Shown here: positions 39,336 through 48,170 of the stretch, one piece after another | Layout: the number at the start of each line of letters is the position of its first letter | How positions within the stretch are numbered: the stretch's first letter is position 1 | Virus record (IMG/VR): IMGVR_UViG_3300042691_039794 | Location: 1 to 64,000 of that record | DNA from: a virus | Strand: one strand, 5' to 3' | DNA length: 64,000 nucleotides | Notes under the pieces: generated by a model | What the model was told of the DNA's origin: nothing | Databases searched by the model: none | The model's input: only the letters and a program-made list of their open reading frames with translations | Position numbers and translations under genes: made by a program

Positions 39336-39533
39336 ATGATTATAGAACACGAAGGAAAAATTTATGAAACAGTAATATCAAAACCAATAAAAGTTGGCGA
39401 TTTATATTACGATTGTATGGTACACAAAGTGAGAGAATGTCAATCTTTCATTTGTTTTGATCCATGGTCGTTAAAATTAGAAGAAATCAAAAAAGAAAAA
39501 AAAATATTGACTGATGCTGTAGAATTGAAATAA
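39336..39533 (+). CDS. hypothetical protein
   Basis: ORF. Confidence 0.55.
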   Translation: MIIEHEGKIYETVISKPIKVGDLYYDCMVHKVRECQSFICFDPWSLKLEEIKKEKKILTDAVELK

Positions 39534-39575
39534 AACACTATCTTTGTGGTGTAATCAATTAAACCCATCACAATT

Positions 39576-40304
39576 ATGTCAACTTTAACTCTCGTTCAAA
39601 ACTACCAAGGTTCTAACTCTTTCGTCCTTAAAATGAAAGATGTAATTTCTAAATATGGTAAACTTACCGTAGGTCAAGCATTAGCGGTTGAAAAAATCCT
39701 TAGTGCTCCTGTTGAAGTAAAAAAAGTTGAGTTGACTGAAGACATGAAAAAAATTCAGGCGTACGCTGGTGAGAACTCTTTTGTTAAAGAGATCCAGTCT
39801 AAACTTGAGAAGTATGGTAAGTTGTCAGACAAACAAGTATCAGCGGCAATTAACCAAATCCAAAAAGAAGAGAGCAAATCTCAAATCAAAAAAATGAATA
39901 TCCCTGCGGAAGGAGACACCATCCAAGTTGGTCGTAAGATCGGTCAACAAATGAAAGATACCTACGGACTTCAGTTCAATCCTACAATCTTGGATATCAC
40001 TAAAGTTTTAGGAATTTCACCTAAAGCTGTTAAGTTCGCAGGTAAGATGACCGTAAAGAGGGCTAAAGTTTGTGTATGTTGTGCTAAGACCTTGACCGAC
40101 GAGTTTTCAATGTTGACTACAATGGGTAAGACATGCGCAAAACACATGGGTGTTGAATACATCAAAGACAAGAGTCAAACAGATCGTTTTCGTGAGGACT
40201 ACCTTAAACGAGTAGAAGAGATCGGAGTTATGGAATTTTGGGTTCCTAAATCCCAACTTAAGAATTGGGAAGGTGAAACCAACTTCTTACTTGAGATTTT
40301 ATAA
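39576..40304 (+). CDS. protein with duplicated N-terminal helical module and DUF6011-like zinc finger
   Basis: two NSFV...KYGKL..Q units; CVCCAKTLTDEFS...GKTCAK; TATCTTTG at 39539. Confidence 0.7.
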   Translation: MSTLTLVQNYQGSNSFVLKMKDVISKYGKLTVGQALAVEKILSAPVEVKKVELTEDMKKIQAYAGENSFVKEIQSKLEKYGKLSDKQVSAAINQIQKEESKSQIKKMNIPAEGDTIQVGRKIGQQMKDTYGLQFNPTILDITKVLGISPKAVKFAGKMTVKRAKVCVCCAKTLTDEFSMLTTMGKTCAKHMGVEYIKDKSQTDRFREDYLKRVEEIGVMEFWVPKSQLKNWEGETNFLLEIL

Positions 40305-40309
40305 ATATT

Positions 40310-40334
40310 AACCCCAACTTTAATGTGGGGTTTT
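40310..40334 (+). terminator. intrinsic terminator
   Basis: aacccca...tggggtttt. Confidence 0.65.
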
Positions 40335-40347
40335 ATATTTATATCAT

Positions 40348-40866
40348 ATGGATAGATTAATAGAAAGAGTTATTAAACAATATTTGTTAGAAACAAGAAA
40401 ATTTCCCAAAAAAAAAGGAATGGAAGTTTATGACAGAATGATGTACAACATTGTGTCAACATACCATCAATGGTTCGATAGACATGGGGACAATAGCTAT
40501 GATAAAAATTATGATATATTCTTTGAAAAAAATGTTTCTGACGATGATTATCGAGTTGGAGTTTCAGATTCAATTTTAATCCCTCTTATCAAAAAAGAAA
40601 TTGGCAATATAATCGAAAGTTTCAAAATACATAATCCATGTAACAAAAGAATTATTTTCACCAAAAAAAGAAATGATAATCAAGATGAAGAATATTTTGA
40701 TTTTATTGAATTCATAGTTCAAAAAGATGGTAATGAGTTAAAAATTGTTACCTCAGCATTTTCTGAAGATGGTAATTTTTTATTTTTTGGTGTTAGACCA
40801 AGAAGTAAAAAAGAAAATTTAAAAGAAAGTTCTTGTAAAAGTGGTGAAATAGTTGTGCAATTATAA
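40348..40866 (+). CDS. hypothetical protein, putative late/virion
   Basis: TATTTAT at 40336; LIERVIKQYLLE N-terminus; H..RHG motif. Confidence 0.7.
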   Translation: MDRLIERVIKQYLLETRKFPKKKGMEVYDRMMYNIVSTYHQWFDRHGDNSYDKNYDIFFEKNVSDDDYRVGVSDSILIPLIKKEIGNIIESFKIHNPCNKRIIFTKKRNDNQDEEYFDFIEFIVQKDGNELKIVTSAFSEDGNFLFFGVRPRSKKENLKESSCKSGEIVVQL

Positions 40867-40875
40867 AAAATACAC

Positions 40876-40883
40876 TATCTTTG
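40876..40883 (+). promoter_or_regulatory. Bacteroidota -7 element driving putative ncRNA
   Basis: TATCTTTG with no sizeable ORF before the next terminator. Confidence 0.65.
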
Positions 40884-40888
40884 TAAAA

Positions 40889-41107
40889 GAATTGATTGTT
40901 ATTGGTTCAATCATTAAAAAATACCAATCGTAGGGTGTCTGGCGTAATCCGACACAGGTTTAAATTCCGACCCCAAGGTAAAAATTATCCCCATCTTGAT
41001 GGTGGGGATCTTATTTAAGAGCCCCCATTCCTATAGGATGGGTTTTTAGGACCGTTATCCGTTAGGGTAACAATTGAAAGGGGGAATTCGCTACTCCCCC
41101 TTTTTTT
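40889..41107 (+). ncRNA. unclassified structured ncRNA (~215 nt)
   Basis: own promoter, H-type pseudoknot, four hairpins and terminator aaaggggga/tcccccttttttt. Confidence 0.65.
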
Positions 41108-41209
41108 ATTAATAAAAAATATCTATGATTAGATCATGATTGCAGGAATTGTATATATTATTCTTATTTTTATATTTGGTATATTTGGTAAACACAGAAA
41201 ATTTTTAAA

Positions 41210-41809
41210 ATGAAAACTATATTTTTAGATAATGATGGAGTGATTTGTCTCTCCAACAATTGGGGTGAGAGAGCAAAAAAATGGGCGAACTTTAAAAGAG
41301 ATAACCCTGAAGTTGAATTTACAAGTAGACCTGTTCAGTGTAGATTTGACGACTTTGATGATAAGGCCGTCAAGGTATTAAACGAGATACTTGAACAAAC
41401 TGGTGCTGAGATCGTTGTGAGTTCTGATTGGAGATTACATGCAACATTGGAAGAACTTGGTGAATACTACGAGAGTCAAGGGATTATCAAACGACCTATT
41501 GCAGTTACAGATCAATTCAAAGATCTATTCCCTAAGGAATGGAACGCGTTTAGATTTCGTGCTGAATTAGAATTAGAAAGAAGTATGGAGATAGGACATT
41601 GGATAGAGAATCATCCCGAGGTTACTCATTGGGTTGCGGTTGATGATTTGAATATGAGCCCTGAGTTTTTATCCAAATACTTCTCACATAGTGAAAACGA
41701 AGGTAAAAATCCCGGTTTATCTAATTTTGTACTAACACCAAGATCAAGAGAGGGCATCAAACAATCGGGAATTAAAGAAAAAATTATTAAATTTCTAACA
41801 AATGAGTAA
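41210..41809 (+). CDS. HAD-superfamily phosphatase (Swiss-Army-Knife RNA-repair type)
   Basis: IFLDNDGV, IVVSSDWR, WVAVDD. Confidence 0.85.
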   Translation: MKTIFLDNDGVICLSNNWGERAKKWANFKRDNPEVEFTSRPVQCRFDDFDDKAVKVLNEILEQTGAEIVVSSDWRLHATLEELGEYYESQGIIKRPIAVTDQFKDLFPKEWNAFRFRAELELERSMEIGHWIENHPEVTHWVAVDDLNMSPEFLSKYFSHSENEGKNPGLSNFVLTPRSREGIKQSGIKEKIIKFLTNE

Positions 41810-41975
41810 TAGGTTTAAAAATCTCAAAATTGGAGATAGAGTAAAAACTAAATTGTCTGGTATGGCAACTGTAGTGGAAATTGGTTGTTATGGCGGACAC
41901 ATGGTAAAATTGTTATGTGACAATCCAAGGTGGTTTTGCCCATATTTTTATGAAACTGAATTAGAATTAATATGA
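41802..41975 (+). CDS. small SH3-like protein (57 aa, not in ORF track)
   Basis: MSNRFKNLKIGDRVKTK...YETELELI. Confidence 0.55.
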   Translation: MSNRFKNLKIGDRVKTKLSGMATVVEIGCYGGHMVKLLCDNPRWFCPYFYETELELI

Positions 41976-42361
41976 TGACAAAAGAAGAGATGAATGATTA
42001 CCTTGAATCAATAGGCGGACTTGAGAATGGTATGTTTTCGAACAAACCAAAAATTTTCACTTGTGATTTTTTTTATGTTGACGAAGGATGGTACGCATTA
42101 ATAAAAAATTTGATTGATGATCTTTTACAATTAGGTTGGGATAAAAAAGTAACTCAAGTTAAGGAAAAGTTTGGAGGACTGAGGTTTTATATCTGTAATG
42201 GGTCAGATGAAATTTTCAAAAGAATTACAATTGCTGAAGAAGAAAGTTATAAAATTTGTGAAACTTGTGGACAAATTGGAACGTTAAGAACAAATATAGG
42301 TTGGTATTTAACACTATGCAACAAACATTATGATGAAAAATATAAAAAAACTATTTCATGA
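41972..42361 (+). CDS. conserved phage protein with C-terminal zinc finger
   Basis: GW, QVKEKFGGLRFY, CETCG, TLCNKH. Confidence 0.8.
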   Translation: MMTKEEMNDYLESIGGLENGMFSNKPKIFTCDFFYVDEGWYALIKNLIDDLLQLGWDKKVTQVKEKFGGLRFYICNGSDEIFKRITIAEEESYKICETCGQIGTLRTNIGWYLTLCNKHYDEKYKKTIS

Positions 42362-42647
42362 TAGACCAGATCTTTTAGAAAATACAGAAGTCAAAAAATT
42401 GATAGAATACACGCAAGAACTTGAAGGACAAATTTTTGAAAGAAAAGTTGAAGATACTTATGATAAAGAACATATGTTAAAATCTATGATCTCAGATATT
42501 TTATTAAGTTGTAAAGAATACGATGAAAACAAGATACTCCAAGAAAGATATCCTGATTTATATAAAAAAATTGATGCGGATGATTTAGTAAAAAATTTAA
42601 TGAACTATATTATAACTATGAACTCTAAAAATAATTTAAAAATATAA
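42330..42647 (+). CDS. hypothetical protein
   Basis: ORF. Confidence 0.65.
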   Translation: MMKNIKKLFHDRPDLLENTEVKKLIEYTQELEGQIFERKVEDTYDKEHMLKSMISDILLSCKEYDENKILQERYPDLYKKIDADDLVKNLMNYIITMNSKNNLKI

Positions 42648-42649
42648 AA

Positions 42650-42967
42650 ATGGAACAAAATGCAAAACAAAAAGTCAAACTAATCATGGTTGAAAATCAA
42701 CCATATATTGTTTGTTCAGATAAGTTAAAAGTTGGTGACAAAGCACTCGTCACAGTTGGTGGTCAATTCCCTTCGGTTGTACTATGTGAAAACGAAATGG
42801 TCTTAAATTTGATAGTTGATTCGAAACTTTCACTAACAAATGCCTTTAAAGTTTTTATGGAACCTGACGCAATAAAATTCGAAAGTCAACAAATTGAAAA
42901 AATATTAGAAAACGACGGTTTGTTAGAGGTCGAGTATGACGGAAAAAATTATAAATATTCATTATGA
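42650..42967 (+). CDS. hypothetical protein
   Basis: ORF. Confidence 0.65.
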   Translation: MEQNAKQKVKLIMVENQPYIVCSDKLKVGDKALVTVGGQFPSVVLCENEMVLNLIVDSKLSLTNAFKVFMEPDAIKFESQQIEKILENDGLLEVEYDGKNYKYSL

Positions 42968-43071
42968 TGGAAATAGAAAAATATGTTCAAATGATAGGAA
43001 TTCCTTTAGTTCTTATTGGCATATTGATTCATCTTATTTACAGACATTTTAAAAAAAGACCAAAATAAGAC

Positions 43072-43350
43072 ATGGAAAACTTTTCGGAAGATCAAATAAA
43101 TGAAATGATTTCTGAAATCAAATCAAAAAAAAGACAAACCAAGTTTGTTTTGGTCATTTCAATTTCAATGTTGTTTTTTGAATTTTTCTTTCTTTTAATA
43201 AATAAATTTAAATTGGACTACATGTTTCTATTTGTAGTCCTTTTTCTTTTATTTCAAATTTACATGGGATTTATTAAATCATTAGAACAAAATGTAACAA
43301 TTATATTTTTGGAAGATTTAAAAAAACATAAATTAACTAAAAAAAAATAA
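43072..43350 (+). CDS. two-TM membrane protein
   Basis: hydrophobic segments. Confidence 0.65.
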   Translation: MENFSEDQINEMISEIKSKKRQTKFVLVISISMLFFEFFFLLINKFKLDYMFLFVVLFLLFQIYMGFIKSLEQNVTIIFLEDLKKHKLTKKK

Positions 43351-43571
43351 TGGATGTTTTGGATCTTCATGGAATTAAACACGCCGACGTTCAAAAAGTT
43401 TTGGATTCTTTTCTTTTCGAAAACATGAAACACAACAAGAAAAAAGTAGAAATAATTACAGGATTGAGTGAACAAATGAAAATAATTGTGAAAAATGTTT
43501 TAGAAGATTATAGTTTTGATTTTGAACAGGATTTTATAAATCCAGGAAAAATTATAGTCCATCTTGTTTGA
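43350..43571 (+). CDS. stand-alone Smr/MutS2 domain protein
   Basis: LDLHG, EIITG, NPG. Confidence 0.85.
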   Translation: MDVLDLHGIKHADVQKVLDSFLFENMKHNKKKVEIITGLSEQMKIIVKNVLEDYSFDFEQDFINPGKIIVHLV

Positions 43572-43639
43572 GTAAATTAACATAAAACATTTACAAGATT
43601 TAGTTTTTTTCTTAATTTTTTTTAAATAAAACATACAAC

Positions 43640-43816
43640 ATGGACAAAAGAATTATACACGAACAATTATTGAATGAACACAGGATGTTGATCAATAAAA
43701 TTTCTGATATCAAATCACAATCTGTAGAATTGAATCCTCAACAGAAAAATGAAATTTCTAATTTGGAAAAAAAAGTAAAACTAATCGCTGAAAAATTATA
43801 TAATTTATACAAATGA
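43640..43816 (+). CDS. small coiled-coil protein (58 aa, not in ORF track)
   Basis: MDKRIIHEQLLNEH...LYNLYK; ATGA coupling to rmlB. Confidence 0.6.
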   Translation: MDKRIIHEQLLNEHRMLINKISDIKSQSVELNPQQKNEISNLEKKVKLIAEKLYNLYK

Positions 43817-44736
43817 AAGTAGTAGTAACAGGTGGTGCAGGATTTATTGGATCCGCGTTTATAAATCATTTATTGGATAATTTTAAGTGTGATGTTCTTT
43901 GTGTGGATAAATTAACCTATGCCGGCGAAAGAAAAAATATAAAACATGATGTTTCTTTCTTACAAAAAGATATTTGTGATTTGACATCAGAAGACCTTGG
44001 TGAATTTGATTACATTGTACATTTTGCCGCTGAATCTCACGTAGATAATTCTATAAAAAATGGTTTACCATTCATCAGGACAAATGTAGAAGGGACATTC
44101 AACTTGCTGGAAATCTCAAGAAAAAACAAAAATTTAAAAAAATTTATTCATATTTCAACCGATGAGGTTTATGGTGACATGGCAGAGCTAGAAAAAGATT
44201 ATCTTGCCAAAGAAACTGATCCTTTAAGCGGAAGTTCATATTACTCCGCAACAAAAGCCGCTTCTGACATGTTAGTACTTTCAGCGAATAGAACATATAA
44301 TTTACCTTTTTTGATTACCAGAACTTGTAATAATTTTGGGGAACATCAGTTTGAGGAAAAATTTTTACCAACAGTTGCAAGGTCAATCAAAAATGGACAA
44401 CCAATCCCTGTTTATGGTGATGGTAATCAAATTAGAGAATGGATGTATGTTTATGACAATGTAAAAATAATTTGTGAATTAATGTTTGATAATACTGTAA
44501 AAAATGAAATATATAATATCGGTACTGAATATAGATGTACTAATCTAGAAATAATTCAAAAAATAGGAAAAATTATGAACATGGAAGTGACTTATAAAAA
44601 TGTTCAAGACCGATTAGGACATGACAAAAGATATGGTTTGGATTCTACAAAAACAAAGAAATATTTTAAAACGATAAAAAATGAAATCCCAAGATTTGTA
44701 ACTCTTGATGATTTTCTACACAAAATGTATTCCTAA
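43813..44736 (+). CDS. rmlB: dTDP-glucose 4,6-dehydratase
   Basis: TGGAGFIG, DKLTYAG, HFAAESHVD, ISTDEVYG, YSATK, DRLGHDKRY. Confidence 0.93.
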   Translation: MKVVVTGGAGFIGSAFINHLLDNFKCDVLCVDKLTYAGERKNIKHDVSFLQKDICDLTSEDLGEFDYIVHFAAESHVDNSIKNGLPFIRTNVEGTFNLLEISRKNKNLKKFIHISTDEVYGDMAELEKDYLAKETDPLSGSSYYSATKAASDMLVLSANRTYNLPFLITRTCNNFGEHQFEEKFLPTVARSIKNGQPIPVYGDGNQIREWMYVYDNVKIICELMFDNTVKNEIYNIGTEYRCTNLEIIQKIGKIMNMEVTYKNVQDRLGHDKRYGLDSTKTKKYFKTIKNEIPRFVTLDDFLHKMYS

Positions 44737-44738
44737 AA

Positions 44739-44990
44739 ATGACTGGGTTATTGATAAAAAGAAATAACGAATGGGTTGTAAAATACGACAGAGGTCATGA
44801 GGTTTTATTTTACGAAATTTGTGAACAATCAAAAATATGGACCCAAAAAGAAAGCGTGTTAAAATTTTTACACGAAAATGTAGAAGTAGAATTCAACTTG
44901 ATTGTTAGCGGTTCTTATGATCGAAATAAACAAGAACAAGTTAGGGAATTTTGCGCTAAAATAATACTAGTCGAACACAGTAGCATATGA
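44739..44990 (+). CDS. hypothetical protein
   Basis: ORF. Confidence 0.6.
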   Translation: MTGLLIKRNNEWVVKYDRGHEVLFYEICEQSKIWTQKESVLKFLHENVEVEFNLIVSGSYDRNKQEQVREFCAKIILVEHSSI

Positions 44991-45622
44991 TAGATAACTA
45001 TGAAATTTTAGAAAATGGACTTATAAAACAACTTGAATTTATATCTAAAATACAGGAATATAATTTTCAATATGTTGATGAAAGGTATAATAAATATGGT
45101 GAGAAAGGACCCCAAATGGCAGGATTAAGATTTGGATATCTATTAGGTATTTTGGGATTCACTCCCGAATCAATATTAGATGTTGGATTTGGTAATGGTG
45201 ACTTTTTGAAAGTATGTAAACAAGGTGTTGACAAGTGTTATGGAAACGATATTTCTGAATATCCACTACCGAATGGTGTTGAATTTGTAAAAGATATTAC
45301 TGAGAATTTTTATGACGTTATTTCTATGTTTGACGTTTTGGAACATTTTGAAGATATTTCTTTTGTAAAAAATCTTAAATGTAACTATATGTACATTAGT
45401 TTACCTTGGTGCCATAACTTTTCTGATGAATGGTTTGAAAACTGGAAACATAGAAGACCGGATGAACATTTATGGCATTTCAATCAAAAATCTATTGAAA
45501 AATTTTTTAATGAAATGGGATTTGATATGGTCGTTTATTCGGACATTGAAGACACAATAAGAAAACCAAGTGACGAACACCCAAACATATTAACTTGCAT
45601 TTTCAAAAAAAGAAAATCGTAA
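44987..45622 (+). CDS. class I SAM-dependent methyltransferase
   Basis: ILDVGFGNGDF, FDVLEH, HLWHF. Confidence 0.85.
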   Translation: MIDNYEILENGLIKQLEFISKIQEYNFQYVDERYNKYGEKGPQMAGLRFGYLLGILGFTPESILDVGFGNGDFLKVCKQGVDKCYGNDISEYPLPNGVEFVKDITENFYDVISMFDVLEHFEDISFVKNLKCNYMYISLPWCHNFSDEWFENWKHRRPDEHLWHFNQKSIEKFFNEMGFDMVVYSDIEDTIRKPSDEHPNILTCIFKKRKS

Positions 45623-46537
45623 ATGAAATTTGGGTTCAAAATTTCAGGTTGTTTTGGAGATGTTTTATATTCTACACCCGTTCTTAAGTATTTGAGTAAA
45701 TGTCATAACGATGTTTTAAATGTAGAAACAAATTACCCAGAAGTATTTGAAAATAATCCATATGTTGGTAAAGTATATAATCCTGAAGAAGGACAAATAA
45801 TACCACACGATCAAATATTTTATGATTGTAATGGACACAATTTTGGTGATGTACAAAAACAAATCAGAAAAATGTATTTGACTGATTATTGGTCAACACA
45901 TTTAGGTTTTATTCTTTCACCCGAGGAAAAAACTATAGAATATTTCCCACAAAAACTGGACATTGATTTACCAAACAAAAAATATATTGTTATTAATCCG
46001 TCAAAAACATGGGATTGTAGAACATGGTCTAAACAAAATTGGGAAGAACTTACTAACAAAATTATAGAGTTTGGTATTGACGTGGTTGTTGTTGGTAAAA
46101 ATATTGTCTATAATGAAGACGACAAAAAAACTTCATTACAAGTTGAAAATTCAAATGTGATAAGTTTGGTGGATAAATTAAATTTATCCCAACTTTGGCA
46201 TCTTTTAGAAAATAGTTCGATGGTTATAACAATGAATGCGGGATTATTACCTTTTGCTGGCACAACTGATTGTAAAATTTTACAACTAGGAGGCGCAATA
46301 AATCCTTATTACAGAACACCCTATAGAAAAGGTTCACAAGATTACAAACATAAATTCATAAGTGGTTCTTGTGATTTGTTTTGTCAATCAGACATGAAGT
46401 ACAATGTTTTAGGTGATAAAAAAATAACAAGATGGAATGGATACAGATCGCCGGGTTGTTATGAAAATAAACCAACCTTTGAATGCCATCCATCGGTTAA
46501 TGCCGTTTTCAATGGAGTTTTGGAATTTTTAAAATAA
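45623..46537 (+). CDS. glycosyltransferase family 9 (heptosyltransferase-like)
   Basis: FGDVLYSTP, ENNPY, RTW...W, L.QL..L, ITMNAGLLPFAG. Confidence 0.8.
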   Translation: MKFGFKISGCFGDVLYSTPVLKYLSKCHNDVLNVETNYPEVFENNPYVGKVYNPEEGQIIPHDQIFYDCNGHNFGDVQKQIRKMYLTDYWSTHLGFILSPEEKTIEYFPQKLDIDLPNKKYIVINPSKTWDCRTWSKQNWEELTNKIIEFGIDVVVVGKNIVYNEDDKKTSLQVENSNVISLVDKLNLSQLWHLLENSSMVITMNAGLLPFAGTTDCKILQLGGAINPYYRTPYRKGSQDYKHKFISGSCDLFCQSDMKYNVLGDKKITRWNGYRSPGCYENKPTFECHPSVNAVFNGVLEFLK

Positions 46538-46542
46538 AACAA

Positions 46543-46980
46543 ATGAAAAATTTAAATGATTTTAGGATTGTAAAATTTGTGTATCCATTCCCTTTGACAG
46601 AATTAGAAGAAATGTTGTGGGGAAAAATGACAATTGAGGAATCCAAGTGGGCAATACAATTAACTTTGAAAGGTATCAATGAAACTGGTGGTGATGAAAA
46701 CAGTTGTTGGGACCTGTTGTTTCTTGATTCAAAACTACAAGAAAAAATAGAAACCATACTTGAAAAGTATTCGATACAATATAGTTTGGAATATCACAAT
46801 GATAAAATTTTGAATTTTGACAAATATGAAAATTTTTTTAGTGATAAATTTTTAAAAAAGTTTAATGAATATTTGAAACAAAATTTGACAGTTGATGAAA
46901 TTTTAGATAATATTTTGAAAGTTGGGGTGGAAAATATTTCAGTATTTGAAAAATATTTTTTAGACAATTTTAATATTTAA
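46543..46980 (+). CDS. hypothetical protein with DUF6576-like C-terminus
   Basis: VDEILDNILKVGVENISVFEKYFL. Confidence 0.6.
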   Translation: MKNLNDFRIVKFVYPFPLTELEEMLWGKMTIEESKWAIQLTLKGINETGGDENSCWDLLFLDSKLQEKIETILEKYSIQYSLEYHNDKILNFDKYENFFSDKFLKKFNEYLKQNLTVDEILDNILKVGVENISVFEKYFLDNFNI

Positions 46981-47092
46981 AAATTCGAAATAATATGGTA
47001 AAAAATGATGGACCTGAGATTGAATTGATGTTTTGTGTAATGGTTGGTATTTTTTTGGGAATTTTATTGATTAATTTGATGAAATAATTACC

Positions 47093-47398
47093 ATGGGATT
47101 TGACAAAAAAATATTAGAGTTGAGTAGAACTATCTACCAAACCTCAATAATGGCACATAGTACAAAAAAAGACCCATCTCATCAAATTGAACAAATCAAA
47201 AATTTGATCAGAGAGTTTATAAGAGTCGAGGTAGTTCCATATGAATTGACTGATTCAGAAAAAATGAGTTTTATACTAAAAAATGAGATGAAAATTTGTG
47301 ACGCAATATCTAAAGGACATAAAGCAACCGATCAAGATGAGTTTGCTGAAGTAAGAAAAAAAATGAAAAAATATAGACAAGATTTAAAATTAATATGA
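47093..47398 (+). CDS. hypothetical protein
   Basis: ORF. Confidence 0.65.
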   Translation: MGFDKKILELSRTIYQTSIMAHSTKKDPSHQIEQIKNLIREFIRVEVVPYELTDSEKMSFILKNEMKICDAISKGHKATDQDEFAEVRKKMKKYRQDLKLI

Positions 47399-47682
47399 GC
47401 GAAGATAAAATACCTTACCCCTTAAAAAACTCACAACTTGGACCTGATGGGGCATTTGATGATCAGAATGGAAAAAAAGTTTGTATTGGATCAGATGGTT
47501 ACTACGATGACGATGAAGATATGTCAATTTGGGATAATACTTTAAGAGACGGACTTGAAGAAATTGAAGTATTTGAGACAATTCAAAAAATAAGAAACTA
47601 CTATAATGGTCACCACAATATTGATGGAAGACCACCCTCAAGAAAAGATTTTAATGATTACCTTGATTCGTTAGAAAAATAG
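47395..47682 (+). CDS. hypothetical protein
   Basis: ORF, WDNTLRDGLEE. Confidence 0.62.
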   Translation: MSEDKIPYPLKNSQLGPDGAFDDQNGKKVCIGSDGYYDDDEDMSIWDNTLRDGLEEIEVFETIQKIRNYYNGHHNIDGRPPSRKDFNDYLDSLEK

Positions 47683-47697
47683 TTTTATTTTTTCTTT

Positions 47698-47937
47698 ATG
47701 ACAGAAAAAGAACTATATCTTCTTGGGTTTGAAAAACATCACATGGAAGAAGACGATGATTATTATTACTACCTTGATGTAGTGAGTGGATTAGGATTTA
47801 TAACCTGCACAAGTTTTCAGGCAAATGAGAACGGATGGTATGTGGAAATATTCAATACAGAACCATCAATTAGATTCACAAAGTTTGGCGAACTTCAAGG
47901 AATACTCAATCAACTAACAAGTGCAATCGTAAAATGA
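47698..47937 (+). CDS. hypothetical protein
   Basis: ORF. Confidence 0.62.
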   Translation: MTEKELYLLGFEKHHMEEDDDYYYYLDVVSGLGFITCTSFQANENGWYVEIFNTEPSIRFTKFGELQGILNQLTSAIVK

Positions 47938-48170
47938 TAAAACATTACCCCCAACCTAAAGAAAAATACCAACACTATAAAGGTGGTCAGTACGAAGTTA
48001 TTTGTATGTGTAATCATACAGATACCAATGAACCACTTGTAATTTACAAATCACTTTCTTTTGGTTCACAATACGCAAGACCATTTTCTGAGTGGTACGA
48101 TGAGGTCGAAACTAAAAAATGGGGAAATAAAGAATATTCAGTTTTAAGATTTGAAAAAATAGAAGAGTAA
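47934..48170 (+). CDS. DUF1653 family protein
   Basis: YQHYKGGQYEVI, EPLVIY, ARP, RF. Confidence 0.85.
   Translation: MIKHYPQPKEKYQHYKGGQYEVICMCNHTDTNEPLVIYKSLSFGSQYARPFSEWYDEVETKKWGNKEYSVLRFEKIEE

Noticed and set aside
40999-41049. 16-aa ORF inside the ncRNA
   Set aside because: Start is buried in a hairpin and there is no coding signal
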